Below, piece by piece: positions 15,776 to 25,444 of a stretch of DNA of 50,515 bases. The notes under the pieces were generated by a model. The model saw only the letters and a list, made by a program, of their open reading frames with translations, searched no databases and was not told the DNA's origin. The position numbers were made by a program, and so were the translations under genes. Origin of the DNA: Acidobacteriota bacterium (GTDB lineage: Bacteria; Acidobacteriota; Terriglobia; 20CM-2-55-15); the NCBI GenBank assembly GCA_022821265.1, contig JAJEDW010000200.1, positions 1 to 50,515 of the forward strand. The letters run 5' to 3'. Every line of letters begins with the position of its first letter. Position 1 is the first letter of the stretch.

Positions 15776-16777
15776 TCATTCCCGGCAGCGCCTGAAGAAC
15801 CGGACCACGTTGAAACCGACGATCTCGCGGAACGGCGCCATCCCCATCGTGTAATGTCCGCATGGCAGCACCACGCGGCGGTGCGCCACGTCATGCCGGT
15901 CGAAAGCGTCGAACGCCGTCCGGGTGAGGTCGTAGGGGAAGGACAGGTCGTACTTCCCGACGATGCACAGCATCGGGCGCCGGCTTCCGGCAAGGCGGGG
16001 AACGAACGGCAAGGGGCTGATCGGCGTCCAGAACCGGCGCAGCGCCTCCAGGTCGAGGGCGGATTCCAGGGACGCGCGCACGTGCGCGGTCGACAGACCG
16101 CGCCAGACGACGTCGGCGAACAGCGTCGACACGTGGATGAACGCGTTCGATACCAGACGCGGATCGTGCGCCATCGCCAGAAACCCGATGCTGGATCCGA
16201 TGCTCGTGCCCAGCACGCCCAACCGCGAATACCCGCGCGATTCGAGCCAGTCGGCCGCCCGGCGAACCTCCAGAACCGCCTGGCGGTTCGTCGCGATCGT
16301 CTGCCCGATGTTGGCGCCCACCAGGTGTTCCGCCCGCTCCATGTGGTCCGGGCGGCGGTCGTCGTGGTACGGGAGACTCATCCGAAGCGTCGAGACGCCG
16401 AAGCGTTGGAGGACGCGGCACAACCCGATGTGGCTGTCCGGCTGGGCGTTCCACTGCGGCAGGACGATCACGGCCAGCCTCCCCCCGCCGTCGAAGAACC
16501 GCGCACGCACGACATTGTTGGCGGCGTCCGGCGTCCGGACCGGGCTGGGGAAGCTCAAACGGAATCCATCGAACGTGTAGTCGCCAATCGGCTCGGCGCT
16601 GAAATAGGCGTCGCTGTCGGCCAACGCCCGGCCGACGTACGCCTCCAGCGCGGCCCCGGGATCGGACCCGTTGGCCGCATCCAGGTGCTCGACGCCCCAG
16701 GCGAACGGGCGGGGATGGCGGTTCGTGTCCCGGGAGTGCCAGCTTCGCTCGCGACGCTCGATGTACCGATGCAGCAT
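15776..16777 (-). CDS. Alpha/beta hydrolase
   Basis: Nucleophile elbow GTSIGSS, C-terminal LPCGHYT (catalytic His region), 333 aa. Confidence 0.7.
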   Translation of the reverse strand: MLHRYIERRERSWHSRDTNRHPRPFAWGVEHLDAANGSDPGAALEAYVGRALADSDAYFSAEPIGDYTFDGFRLSFPSPVRTPDAANNVVRARFFDGGGRLAVIVLPQWNAQPDSHIGLCRVLQRFGVSTLRMSLPYHDDRRPDHMERAEHLVGANIGQTIATNRQAVLEVRRAADWLESRGYSRLGVLGTSIGSSIGFLAMAHDPRLVSNAFIHVSTLFADVVWRGLSTAHVRASLESALDLEALRRFWTPISPLPFVPRLAGSRRPMLCIVGKYDLSFPYDLTRTAFDAFDRHDVAHRRVVLPCGHYTMGMAPFREIVGFNVVRFFRRCRE

Positions 16778-16789
16778 CGACGCCGGGGT

Positions 16790-19645
16790 CTATGAAACAG
16801 CCTCGTCCGAGGGCAGGGCGCGGGCCAGCGCCTCGGCCGGATGCCACGGCCGGCGCCCGGTCGCGTCGGCGATCTGCTGGCGGCAGGACACGCCCGGGGT
16901 GACGATGGGCGTTTCCGGCGACGCGTCCAGCGCCGGAAGAAGCCGGCGGCGTCCGATGGCGAGCGACAGGTCGTAGTGCTCGCTCTCGTATCCGAACGAC
17001 CCGGCCATGCCGCAGCACCCCGAGTCGATTTCGTCCACTTCGTAGGCGGCCCCGAGAACATTCTTGAGGGGCCCGCTTCCGACGAGAGCTTTTTCGTGAC
17101 AATGCGTGTGGAGCAACGCCCGGGGCCGGGCCGGCCGATACCGCACCTTCCAGCGGCCGGCGCGCGTCTCGCGGTCGATGAACTCCTCGAGCAGGAACGT
17201 CGAGGCGGCCACTTCGCGCACCTCCGGTCCGGACACGAGGTCCGCGTACTCGTCGCGGAACGTCAACATGCAACTCGGTTCACACCCGACGATGGCGTAG
17301 CCCCGGGACACCCACGGATGCAGCGCCCCGACGTTGGAACGCGCCATCGCGCGCGCCGTCTCCGCCAGGCCCTTCGATATCGGCGGGCGGCCGCAGCAGA
17401 CGCGATCGGCGAGCCGCACCTCGTAGCCGGCGGCTTCCAGCAACGCGGTGGCCGCCCGCCCGATCTCGGGGTGGTTGTAGTTGACGAACGTGTCGTGGAA
17501 GAGCACGACGCGCCCCGACCCGCCGCCCGCTTTGCGCGGGCGCCGTTCGCGGAACCAGGATTCGAAGGTCTGCCCGGCGATCGGCGGCAGCGCACGGCGC
17601 GCGTCGATCCCGAGCCAGCGGTCCATCCAGCGCCTCAGGACCGGATGCGCCATCAGGCGGTTCGACAGGCCCGGGGCCCGGGACGCCATCCGGCTCAGCC
17701 GGTGGATGTGTCCGAACACCAGCGAGCGGAGCGGCGTGCCGTTCGCGTCGTTGTATTGCGCCAGGAACTCGTACTTCAACTTGGCCATGTCGACCGCCGA
17801 CGGGCATTCGGCCTTGCAGGCCTTGCATTCCAGGCACAGATCCAGCGCGTCGTGGAGGCTTCGCCCGGTCCACGCCTCCGGGGGCAGCTTGCCCGACAGG
17901 ACCTCGCGCATCAGGTTGGCGCGTCCGCGAGTGGAATGGGCCTCGTCGCGCGTCGCCATGTAGGAGGGGCACATCGTGCCGTTGTTCACCTTGCGGCACA
18001 CCGCCATGCCGTTGCACATCTCGACGGCGGCCGCCAGACCGCCCTCCCGGGAAAAGTCGTAGTGCGTCTTCACGTGAACGGTCTCGTAGCGCTCGCCGAA
18101 CCGCAGGTTGGCGTCCATGGGCGGCGCGTCGACGATCTTTCCGGGATTCATCCGGCAATCCGGATCGAACGCGCGCTTGACCTGTTGGAACGCCCGGTAG
18201 ACGGCGGTTCCGAACAGCGTCTCGTTCAGGTGGCTCCGCGCGAGCCCGTCCCCGTGCTCGCCGCTCATGGCGCCCCCGAACTCCATGACCAGCTCCGCGA
18301 TCTCCGTGGTCATGTCCTTCATCTTCCGGATTTCGGACGGCCGCTTCGTGTCGATCAGAGGCCGGATGTGGAGGCACCCCACGCTGGCGTGGCCGTAGTA
18401 ACCGGCGCTGGTGTCGTACTTGCGGATGACGTCGCGGAACCGGGTGAAGAATTCCGGAAGCCGTTCGGGGAGCACGGCGCAGTCCTCCACGAACGCGATC
18501 GGCTTGCGCTCCCCGCGCGTTCCCAGCAACAGGCCGAGCCCGGCCTTTCTGAGCTTCCACACCCGCTCCTGACCCGGGCCGTCGAGCGCCCGGGGATAGG
18601 CGTAGCCGAGTCCCGCCTTCCGGAGCGCCGCCTCCAGCCCGTCCAGCTTCGCCGTCAACTCCGCCTCGCCGTCGCCGTAGAACTCGACCAGCAGGATGGC
18701 GCCGGGCCGGCCCTCGATGAACCCGATCTCGCGCGAGAATTCCAGGGAGCCGCGCGCCAGATCGAGCACCATGTCGTCGACGAGCTCGATGGCGGAGGGC
18801 CCGGACGGCAGGATGACCTCGCTGGCGCGGATCGCGTCCACGATGTCCTCGAAGTGGACGGTCATCAGCGCGGTGGCGCGCGGACGCGGCTCGATGCGGA
18901 CCTTGGCGCGGTGCACCATCGCCAGAGTGCCTTCCGAACCCACGATCAGCTTGGCCAGGTTGAACTTTCCGTTGCGAACGAACTCGTCGAGGTTGTAGCC
19001 GGTCACCCGACGCATCAACCGCGGGAAGCGCGCCTCGATCTCGCCGCGATCGAGATCGACGATCTCGGCGATCCGGCCTTCCAGTCCGCCGCGTCGGCGC
19101 GCCTCCTCGAAGCCGATTTCCTTGAACAGGCGCCGCTCGCCGGATGCGAGGACGGCGTCGACCTCCAGGACGTGGTCGATCGTCTTGCCGTAGAAGATCG
19201 AATGCGAACCGGCGGAGTTGTTGCCGATCATCCCGCCGATGGTCGCGCGGTTGGCCGTGGACGTGTCCGGACCGAACAGGCGGCCCATCGGTTTCAGGTG
19301 CAGGTTGAACTGCTCCTGGACGACGCCGGGCTCGACCCAGGCCCATCCTTCCTCGGTGTTGACCTCGAGAACGCGGTTCAGGTACTTGGAGCCGTCGATG
19401 ACGACGGCGTGCCCCACGGACTGCCCCGCCAGGCTCGTGCCGCCGCCGCGCGGCAGGACCGGCGCGTCGAATTCCGCGGCCGCCTCCATCGCGGCGAACA
19501 CGTCTTCGGGCGTGCGGGGAACGACCACGCCGATGGGCATGATCTCGTAGATGCTGGCGTCGGTGCTGTAGAGCAGGCGCGACGATTCGTCGAAGCGCAC
19601 CTCGCCCGCAACCCGTTCCTTCAACACGGCTTCCAGGTCGTGCAT
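16790..19645 (-). CDS. FAD-binding plus Fe-S (GlcD-GlcF fusion, YdiJ-like) 2-hydroxyacid dehydrogenase
   Basis: N-terminal FAD PCMH domain (PRGGGTSLAGQSVG), central CxxCxxC clusters (CLECKACKAECP), C-terminal CCG domains (CCGMAGSFG). An alternative GTG start is at 19663. Confidence 0.85.
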   Translation of the reverse strand: MHDLEAVLKERVAGEVRFDESSRLLYSTDASIYEIMPIGVVVPRTPEDVFAAMEAAAEFDAPVLPRGGGTSLAGQSVGHAVVIDGSKYLNRVLEVNTEEGWAWVEPGVVQEQFNLHLKPMGRLFGPDTSTANRATIGGMIGNNSAGSHSIFYGKTIDHVLEVDAVLASGERRLFKEIGFEEARRRGGLEGRIAEIVDLDRGEIEARFPRLMRRVTGYNLDEFVRNGKFNLAKLIVGSEGTLAMVHRAKVRIEPRPRATALMTVHFEDIVDAIRASEVILPSGPSAIELVDDMVLDLARGSLEFSREIGFIEGRPGAILLVEFYGDGEAELTAKLDGLEAALRKAGLGYAYPRALDGPGQERVWKLRKAGLGLLLGTRGERKPIAFVEDCAVLPERLPEFFTRFRDVIRKYDTSAGYYGHASVGCLHIRPLIDTKRPSEIRKMKDMTTEIAELVMEFGGAMSGEHGDGLARSHLNETLFGTAVYRAFQQVKRAFDPDCRMNPGKIVDAPPMDANLRFGERYETVHVKTHYDFSREGGLAAAVEMCNGMAVCRKVNNGTMCPSYMATRDEAHSTRGRANLMREVLSGKLPPEAWTGRSLHDALDLCLECKACKAECPSAVDMAKLKYEFLAQYNDANGTPLRSLVFGHIHRLSRMASRAPGLSNRLMAHPVLRRWMDRWLGIDARRALPPIAGQTFESWFRERRPRKAGGGSGRVVLFHDTFVNYNHPEIGRAATALLEAAGYEVRLADRVCCGRPPISKGLAETARAMARSNVGALHPWVSRGYAIVGCEPSCMLTFRDEYADLVSGPEVREVAASTFLLEEFIDRETRAGRWKVRYRPARPRALLHTHCHEKALVGSGPLKNVLGAAYEVDEIDSGCCGMAGSFGYESEHYDLSLAIGRRRLLPALDASPETPIVTPGVSCRQQIADATGRRPWHPAEALARALPSDEAVS

Positions 19646-19653
19646 CAGTCGGG

Positions 19654-19662
19654 AGTGTAGCA
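19654..19662 (-). promoter_or_regulatory. Candidate extended -10 element TGCTACACT, 8 nt upstream of ATG 19645 (leaderless or near-leaderless)
   Basis: The minus strand reads CCGGGTGCTACACTCccgactgATG. The same 15-mer CCGGGTGCTACACTC recurs at 27393..27407. Confidence 0.4.
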
Positions 19663-19684
19663 CCCGGAACCGGGACGCCGGGGA

Positions 19685-20686
19685 TCAGGGACCGGACGCC
19701 TCCTCGGCCGCGCGCGCCGCGGCGAGGATGTTCGCCATCGAGTAGTTGCCCTCGTGGCAGGCGTATTCGTACAGGGGGCCCTCGGCCCGCATCATCGGGA
19801 TCTCGCCCGACCACGTGGACGTGAAGGACTCCGGATCGTCGACGGTGAATTCGTAGAGCAGCGTGTGGGCGTCGGTTCGCGTAAACCGCTCCAGCACTCG
19901 CAGGTTGCCCCCGGCGCCGCGGAAGTGGGTCCGGTCGGTGAAATTCCTGGTTTCGACCACCAGCGTATCGCCTTCCCATTGTCCGCGCGAATCGCCCAGC
20001 CACTGCCGGACGCGGTCATGGAGATGCGGCCCCTCGCCGACGGGAATGATGCGGACGTCGTGGATCATCTCGATCAGGATCACGACGTGGTCCCGGCTCT
20101 GCACGATCTGGTAGTTGTTGTTGTAGCCGGCCGGCAGCATGGGCGGCCCGTTGTTGCCCCGGGTGATGCAACGGTCGGCGAGCGAACGGTCCTCGGGGCC
20201 GTCGGCGGGCCGCAACCGCCGGGCTTCGGCGCGCTCGGCGGCGCGCTCCCGCGCCGCCGGCGTCAGCGGCGGAATGCGGCCGTCGGGAGGATCCACGATC
20301 AGCGACGTTCGCCGTGTCGTCACGGTCGCCGTGCCCCGGTCCCACCAGAAGTCGTTATACCCGGTCCGAAGGTCGGCCTCGGGGTCGGCGCTGCGCCGGT
20401 CCGCGTGCGTGCGCTCGCGCGCCCGGCGCGCGTATTCGGCCGCTTCCTCCACTGTCAGGAACTCCCTGTCCGCCAGATCCGCGGGACGTTCCAGCGGCGT
20501 GACGGTCGAATTCGTCCGTATCCCCTGAAGGTCCGGGCGTCCGTCGGCGGTGCGCGGGATGGACCCGTCCGCGTCCTGGCCGGCGGCCGCGGACATGGGC
20601 GCGACCGACGCCATGAGCGTCAACACCGCACCGCGAATCACCCCGCAACGGCTCAAAACGGCGAGTCCCTCAGTCCTTCCGCGCAC
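19685..20686 (-). CDS. Secreted WEGDTLVV-motif protein (paralog D)
   Basis: Motifs CITRGNNGPP, GQWEGDTLVVETRNF, VDDPESFT and YEYACHEGN. The ATG start overlaps the upstream gene by 34 nt; an alternative GTG start at 20638 removes the overlap. Confidence 0.8.
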   Translation of the reverse strand: MRGRTEGLAVLSRCGVIRGAVLTLMASVAPMSAAAGQDADGSIPRTADGRPDLQGIRTNSTVTPLERPADLADREFLTVEEAAEYARRARERTHADRRSADPEADLRTGYNDFWWDRGTATVTTRRTSLIVDPPDGRIPPLTPAARERAAERAEARRLRPADGPEDRSLADRCITRGNNGPPMLPAGYNNNYQIVQSRDHVVILIEMIHDVRIIPVGEGPHLHDRVRQWLGDSRGQWEGDTLVVETRNFTDRTHFRGAGGNLRVLERFTRTDAHTLLYEFTVDDPESFTSTWSGEIPMMRAEGPLYEYACHEGNYSMANILAAARAAEEASGP

Positions 20687-21474
20687 GCGAACTCGCGGAG
20701 CTCGTCGTTGGGCGCGTACGCGCGCCGGTAGGTGCGCGTGATCTCCCAGGGCTCCTCCAGCGCGATCGGATCGTTCACGGTGATGTGGTCTTCCAGCACG
20801 TCGGTGTCGATGAATCGGATCCGCTCGGTGATGGTCATCTGATCGCTGTGCGGCGACGAGTTGTCGATGAAGGAGTTGGTGGTGAGGGCCACGGTTTCGA
20901 CGACGAGCGTGTCGCCTTCCCAGCGGCCGGTCGAATAACCGGCGTAGGTCGGATCGTCCAGGACGTCATCGGACGGCTGGCGGCCGTCCAGGTAGACGCG
21001 CCGCAGCGCGTCCTGCCATTCGCTGAAGAACGTGATCTTGTCCTCGTTCTGCATGATCTCCATGCCGTAGGCCATGGACATCATCGCCGGCATTCCCGGC
21101 GGCAGGCAGTTGGCGATGTTGTCGTACTCGTAGGATCCGGCCATCCGCGATTCGCGGATCACCTCCCACTCGGCCATGTATTCCGGCGTCAGCCTCGGGG
21201 CGTTGGGCGAACGGCCGGCCGACAGATCGCTGGTGGGCGCGGACCGCGTCGGCGGGGGCAACGGCTCGCCCGGCTGCGCCGCGGGCGCCGCGCCGCGACC
21301 CCGGCCGCCGGCCGGATTGAACGGGTAGTACACGCCCGTGAAGTCCGGAGTGCCCGCCGCGGACTGCTCCGCCGGGGCGGAGCTCTCCGGCGCGGCGCAT
21401 CCGGCCGCCGACAGGATCAGGACGGCCAGGGCGCACGCGCCCCCGTTGACGATGGTGCGTATGTGCATTCGCAT
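20653..21474 (-). CDS. Secreted WEGDTLVV-motif protein (paralog E)
   Basis: Signal/lipoprotein-like N-terminus (LILSAAGCAAP). Motifs NCLPPGMP, GRWEGDTLVVETVA, VNDPIALEEPW and EFACAEG. Confidence 0.8.
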   Translation of the reverse strand: MRMHIRTIVNGGACALAVLILSAAGCAAPESSAPAEQSAAGTPDFTGVYYPFNPAGGRGRGAAPAAQPGEPLPPPTRSAPTSDLSAGRSPNAPRLTPEYMAEWEVIRESRMAGSYEYDNIANCLPPGMPAMMSMAYGMEIMQNEDKITFFSEWQDALRRVYLDGRQPSDDVLDDPTYAGYSTGRWEGDTLVVETVALTTNSFIDNSSPHSDQMTITERIRFIDTDVLEDHITVNDPIALEEPWEITRTYRRAYAPNDELREFACAEGLRDSPF

Positions 21475-21486
21475 CCCCTCGAACGG

Positions 21487-21879
21487 CTACTGAAAGAAGT
21501 TCGGCGAGTTGCCGAGCACCGTTCCGTCTTCCTTGGTGACCCGGGCGATGATGCCGACGCGGCTGCCGTCCTTGGCCGGGCTGGCATGCACGGTGACGCG
21601 GTCGCCGGCTTCCAGGACCGTGCGGCTCCATCCGGCCCGCCGCAGTATTCCGGGCGCTCGCCCCTCGACGAGCCATTCCTGGGGATCGCCGTCCTCGTCC
21701 TCCACCGTCATGTGGAGCCAGGTGTGGGGGTTGGACCAGCGCCACTCCGTCACCACGCCGACCAGCGTGATGATCTCGTCCACCTGGTAGGCCGAGTTGC
21801 TGTGGTGCGGCGCCGCCGGGCGGGCGAGAGCCGCCGCGGCCACAGCCGCCAGCAGAGCCATAGAGCCGACTTTCATCAC
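21487..21879 (-). CDS. Small secreted DUF6152-like protein
   Basis: Signal peptide ...ALARPAAP is followed by HHSNSAYQ and WSNPHTWLHMTV. Paralog of 1200..1601. Confidence 0.8.
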   Translation of the reverse strand: MMKVGSMALLAAVAAAALARPAAPHHSNSAYQVDEIITLVGVVTEWRWSNPHTWLHMTVEDEDGDPQEWLVEGRAPGILRRAGWSRTVLEAGDRVTVHASPAKDGSRVGIIARVTKEDGTVLGNSPNFFQ

Positions 21880-21894
21880 AGGACCTCCACGCCG

Positions 21895-22113
21895 CTACGG
21901 CATCCCGCACGTACCGGGCTCGTCGGCGCCGCATGCGCCGCACCCCGGCGCGTCGAATGCTGGTTCGCCGCCGCCGGCGACGGCAAAGACCGAGAGCTTC
22001 TTCTCCACGTTCACGCTCGCGCATGCGGCGCACGGCGCCGGCGTCGTCGACGCCGTCACGAGCTTCTCGAACTCCGCGCCGCAGTCGATGCACACGTATT
22101 CGAACAAGGGCAT
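21895..22113 (-). CDS. FmdB-family zinc-ribbon protein
   Basis: MPLFEYVCIDCGAEFE ... CAAC, then a Gly/Cys-rich tail. Start ATG is at 22113..22111. Confidence 0.75.
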   Translation of the reverse strand: MPLFEYVCIDCGAEFEKLVTASTTPAPCAACASVNVEKKLSVFAVAGGGEPAFDAPGCGACGADEPGTCGMP

Positions 22114-22118
22114 GACGC

Positions 22119-23219
22119 TCACTCCACCCAATCGGCGATGAAGACGTTGGTGTTTCCGGGATCCTCGGCGAACCGGTTCGAGGCGAACAGCAACTGCGAG
22201 CCGTCCGGGCTGAAGATCGGGAAACCGTCGAACGCCTCGTCGAAGGTCAGTCGCTCCAGGCCGGTTCCGTCGATGCCGATCATGTAGAGCTCGAAGTTGG
22301 GGACCCGGGGATTCTGGTTGTCCATGTCCGAGGCGAAGATGATCTTTTCGCCGCCGGGATGGAAGAACGGCGCCCAGTTGGCGCCTCCGATCGTGGTCAG
22401 TTGCCGCTTTTCGCTGCCGTCGGCCCGCATCACCCAGATCTCCAGGTTGTCGGGCATGACCAGGTCCCGCGCGAGCAGATCGTCGTAGGCGGTGAGCGCC
22501 TCGGGGTCCGTCGGGTGATGCGCGCGGTACACGATCCACTGGCTGTCGGGCGAGAAGAAGGCGCCGCCGTCGTAACCGCGCTCGAAGGTCAGACGCGTCT
22601 GCTCGCTGCCGTCGACGTTCATCGTGTAGATTTCCAGGTCGCCGTCACGCGTCGAGGTGAAGACGATCTTCTCGCCGTCGGGCGAAACCGTGCCTTCGGC
22701 GTCGTAGCCGTCCGCGTCGGTCAGACGGACGAGGCCGGAGCCGTCCGCGTTCGCGGAGTAGATGTCGAACGACCGGTACAGCGGCCAGACGTAACCCGCC
22801 GAAGGATCGGGCTCGGGCGGGCATTCCGGGCCGCCCAGGTGCGTCGACGCGTAGATGATCCGGCCGTCCGCCAGGTAGTAGCCGCACGTGGTGCGGCCTT
22901 CGCCGGTCGACACCATCCGCAGGTCGGACCCGTCCAGGTTCATCGTGTACTGCTGGTCGCACGCGCCCCCGTCGCGCGTGGACTGGAAGATGATCCGCTC
23001 CCCGTCGAACGAGAAGTACGCTTCCGCGTTCTCGCCGCCGAACGTCAACTGCCGAATGTTTCGCAGGTGGACCTCGTCGGGATGCGACGGCACGGTCCGC
23101 GCCGTCGGCTCGGAAACGGCTTCGTCCGACGCGGCCGGAGACGCCGCCTCGTCCGCACCCGAACATGCGGCGGCGAGGGGCCAGAGGGCCATGACCAGGA
23201 CACGCAAGCGCCGGTTCAT
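22119..23219 (-). CDS. TolB-like / PD40 beta-propeller repeat protein, secreted
   Basis: Repeated FSPDG..I.F.S.RDG units (YFSFDGERIIFQSTRDG, VSPDGEKIVFTSTRDG, FFSPDSQWIVY, IFSPDGSQLLFASNR). ATGA overlap with the upstream peptidase gene. Confidence 0.8.
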   Translation of the reverse strand: MNRRLRVLVMALWPLAAACSGADEAASPAASDEAVSEPTARTVPSHPDEVHLRNIRQLTFGGENAEAYFSFDGERIIFQSTRDGGACDQQYTMNLDGSDLRMVSTGEGRTTCGYYLADGRIIYASTHLGGPECPPEPDPSAGYVWPLYRSFDIYSANADGSGLVRLTDADGYDAEGTVSPDGEKIVFTSTRDGDLEIYTMNVDGSEQTRLTFERGYDGGAFFSPDSQWIVYRAHHPTDPEALTAYDDLLARDLVMPDNLEIWVMRADGSEKRQLTTIGGANWAPFFHPGGEKIIFASDMDNQNPRVPNFELYMIGIDGTGLERLTFDEAFDGFPIFSPDGSQLLFASNRFAEDPGNTNVFIADWVE

Positions 23220-25066
23220 CGCGCCTCCAGTGTGACATCGGCCTCGATCCGCGCGTCTTGGCGCGTGACCGCGACGGGCACGGTGTCGCCAGGCTGAACC
23301 GCCTGGAGCGCGTAGGTGAAGTCGTACAGGTTGCCGATGCGGTTGCCGTTGAACTCCACGAGGATGTCGCCGGCCGCGAATCCCGCCTCGGCGGCCGGGC
23401 TCCCCGGGTTGACGTCGGCGAACAGCACGCCGTCCACTTCGGTGAAGTCGGGAATGGAACCGAAGTACGGGCCGTAGCCGCCGCCGCTGCCGGAGACGGG
23501 CCGCGGCTCCTCGACTCGCGTATAGAGCGGGCGTTCGGGTCCGTTGGCCAATCGCTCCATGGCGCCGTAGGCCACCCGGAGCACCTGGAGCGCCCCGTCC
23601 GCGTCGATCTTGTCGGCCGTGTCCGTCGGCTTGTGGTAGTCGCCGTGGAGGCCCGAGAAGAAGAACAGCACCGGCACTTCCTTGATGTTGAACGACATGT
23701 GGTCGCTGCCGCCCATGCCCGAGTCGGAGTAGTCGAGCTGGAGCCCCGTATCGTTCACGCTTTCCAACAACTCGGTCAGACCCGCCGCCGTGCCGACGCC
23801 GCTGGCGTAGACGCGGTCGTCGCGGATCCGCCCGATCATGTCCAGGTTGATCATGGCGGCCGCGTTCTCCAGGGGGATCGTCGGCTGGTTCACGAAGTGG
23901 TTCGAGCCGAGCAACCCGATCTCTTCTCCGGAAAAGCCCATGAACAGGAGCGAACGGGCGAAGGCGCCCCGGTTCTCGGAAGCCGTGCGCGCCAGCTCGA
24001 GCATGCCCGCCGTGCCGGACGCGTTGTCGTCCGCGCCGTGATGAATCTGTCCCTCGCCGTCGGACGCCAGGGAGAACTCGCCGTCCAGGCCCAGGTGGTC
24101 GTAGTGCGCGCCCACGACGACCCACTCCTCGCGCAACACCGGGTCGGAACCCTCGATGCGGGCCACGACGTTCCGGAGCGGCGAACGGACGCGGACGACG
24201 TCGGCCGTGACGCCGGCCACGCTGCCCGGCACTTCGAAGGAACGCGGCGCGAGCTCCGAGTCGATGGCCCGCTGCGCGGCGCCGAGGTCGAAACCGAAAC
24301 CGGCGAAGTAGTCGACGACCGGTTCCATGCGGACGTACGCCGCGATCAGCCCCGAATCGTCGCCCGTCGTGCCCTCGGCCGTAGCCCGCACTTCCTGCGC
24401 GTCCGGCGCGTGCTGTTCGGGATCCAGGATGAACAGGATCGCCGCCGCGCCGTGCTGCTTCGCGTTGATGACCTTGTTCATCAGCGAGGCGTGGCTGGTG
24501 AAGTCCGTCCCCGCGAACGGGCTCTCCGGGTCGTTCTCCCGGGGCTCGTGACGGAAGGCGACGACGATCTTGCCCGCGACGTCGACGCCGCCGTAGTCGT
24601 CCCAGTGCATCTCGGGCGCGGTGATGCCGTACCCGACGAACGCCAGCTCACCGGACGCGGCGCCGTCGGCGGACAGTTTCAGCGGCGCGAAGTCCACCAT
24701 CGGCGTGAAGGGCTCCGCGCCCAGCGTCAGCGCGCTCCCGTTCCCGAGCCGGGCGTCCGTGGTGGCCTCGAAACCCTGAAAATAGGAACCGTCCTCACCC
24801 GCCGGCGCGAGCCCCAACAAGCGAAACTGGTCGGCGAGGTATTCGGCGGCCTCCTCGAGTTCGGGCGAACCGTTCCCGCGGCCCTGCATGTCGGGCGACG
24901 CCAGGTGGCGGACGTGCTCCAGGTACCGCCCGCGCGAAAACTCGGGCGCGGCGTCCGCCGACGTCTGCACCGCGGGCGCGGGCGCGAGCGCCAGCCCCAC
25001 GACGGCGCCCGCGGCGAGCATCCCCACGATCACCGCGATCGGATAATGTCTCGTTTGCATGCGCAC
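23216..25066 (-). CDS. M28-family aminopeptidase with PA domain and C-terminal PDZ domain
   Basis: M28 metal-ligand regions (VVGAHYDHLG, HHGADDNASG, FSGEEIGLLGS, GGSDHMSF). C-terminal PDZ-like segment (GSPAAEAGFAAGDILVEFNG). Confidence 0.8.
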   Translation of the reverse strand: MRMQTRHYPIAVIVGMLAAGAVVGLALAPAPAVQTSADAAPEFSRGRYLEHVRHLASPDMQGRGNGSPELEEAAEYLADQFRLLGLAPAGEDGSYFQGFEATTDARLGNGSALTLGAEPFTPMVDFAPLKLSADGAASGELAFVGYGITAPEMHWDDYGGVDVAGKIVVAFRHEPRENDPESPFAGTDFTSHASLMNKVINAKQHGAAAILFILDPEQHAPDAQEVRATAEGTTGDDSGLIAAYVRMEPVVDYFAGFGFDLGAAQRAIDSELAPRSFEVPGSVAGVTADVVRVRSPLRNVVARIEGSDPVLREEWVVVGAHYDHLGLDGEFSLASDGEGQIHHGADDNASGTAGMLELARTASENRGAFARSLLFMGFSGEEIGLLGSNHFVNQPTIPLENAAAMINLDMIGRIRDDRVYASGVGTAAGLTELLESVNDTGLQLDYSDSGMGGSDHMSFNIKEVPVLFFFSGLHGDYHKPTDTADKIDADGALQVLRVAYGAMERLANGPERPLYTRVEEPRPVSGSGGGYGPYFGSIPDFTEVDGVLFADVNPGSPAAEAGFAAGDILVEFNGNRIGNLYDFTYALQAVQPGDTVPVAVTRQDARIEADVTLEAR

Positions 25067-25117
25067 GATGATAGCCAGAACCCCACGGGAGGCGCAACGA
25101 AACGGAACGGCGCCGGA

Positions 25118-25444
25118 CTACGAGAGCTTGCTGGAGACGAACCGGTTCAGGCTGACACCCGACTCGGCCGCGCGAATCGCCAACATTCGGTGAACCTCGG
25201 GCGGAACGCGGACGACGAAGCGCCCACTGTACGGCCGGCTTGAAATCGGTTTCGGCACGGCTTCCCCGTTCCGCTCCATGTCGTCAAGCACTCGGGTCAC
25301 CAGGGCCCGAATTCCCCGCAGAGCCGTCTCCGGCTTATTTCCGAGCCAACTCAAGCTGGGAAACTCCGCACAGAGGCCAACGTGCTCCCGGTCGTCCTCC
25401 GACCAGGTGACGCGATACGTATATCGATCAACTGTCTTTGCCAT
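25118..25444 (-). CDS. hicB: HicB-family antitoxin with C-terminal RHH domain
   Basis: YTYRVTWSEDDREHVGLCAEFPSLSW (HicB fold) and PPEVHRMLAIRAAESGVSLNRFV (RHH). 17-nt overlap with the upstream toxin gene. Confidence 0.75.
   Translation of the reverse strand: MAKTVDRYTYRVTWSEDDREHVGLCAEFPSLSWLGNKPETALRGIRALVTRVLDDMERNGEAVPKPISSRPYSGRFVVRVPPEVHRMLAIRAAESGVSLNRFVSSKLS

Noticed and set aside
16841-20003. 939-aa plus-strand and 907-aa minus-strand ORFs overlapping the YdiJ-like gene
   Set aside because: Both are alternative-frame or antisense shadows with Arg/Pro/Gly-dominated sequence. Only the 16790..19645 frame shows FAD-binding, Fe-S and CCG motifs.
20653-20686. 34-nt overlap between paralog E stop and paralog D start, considered as possible programmed frameshift or fusion
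   Set aside because: An in-frame GTG at 20638 gives a normal signal peptide without the overlap. There is no slippery sequence, so this is most simply a start-codon choice issue.
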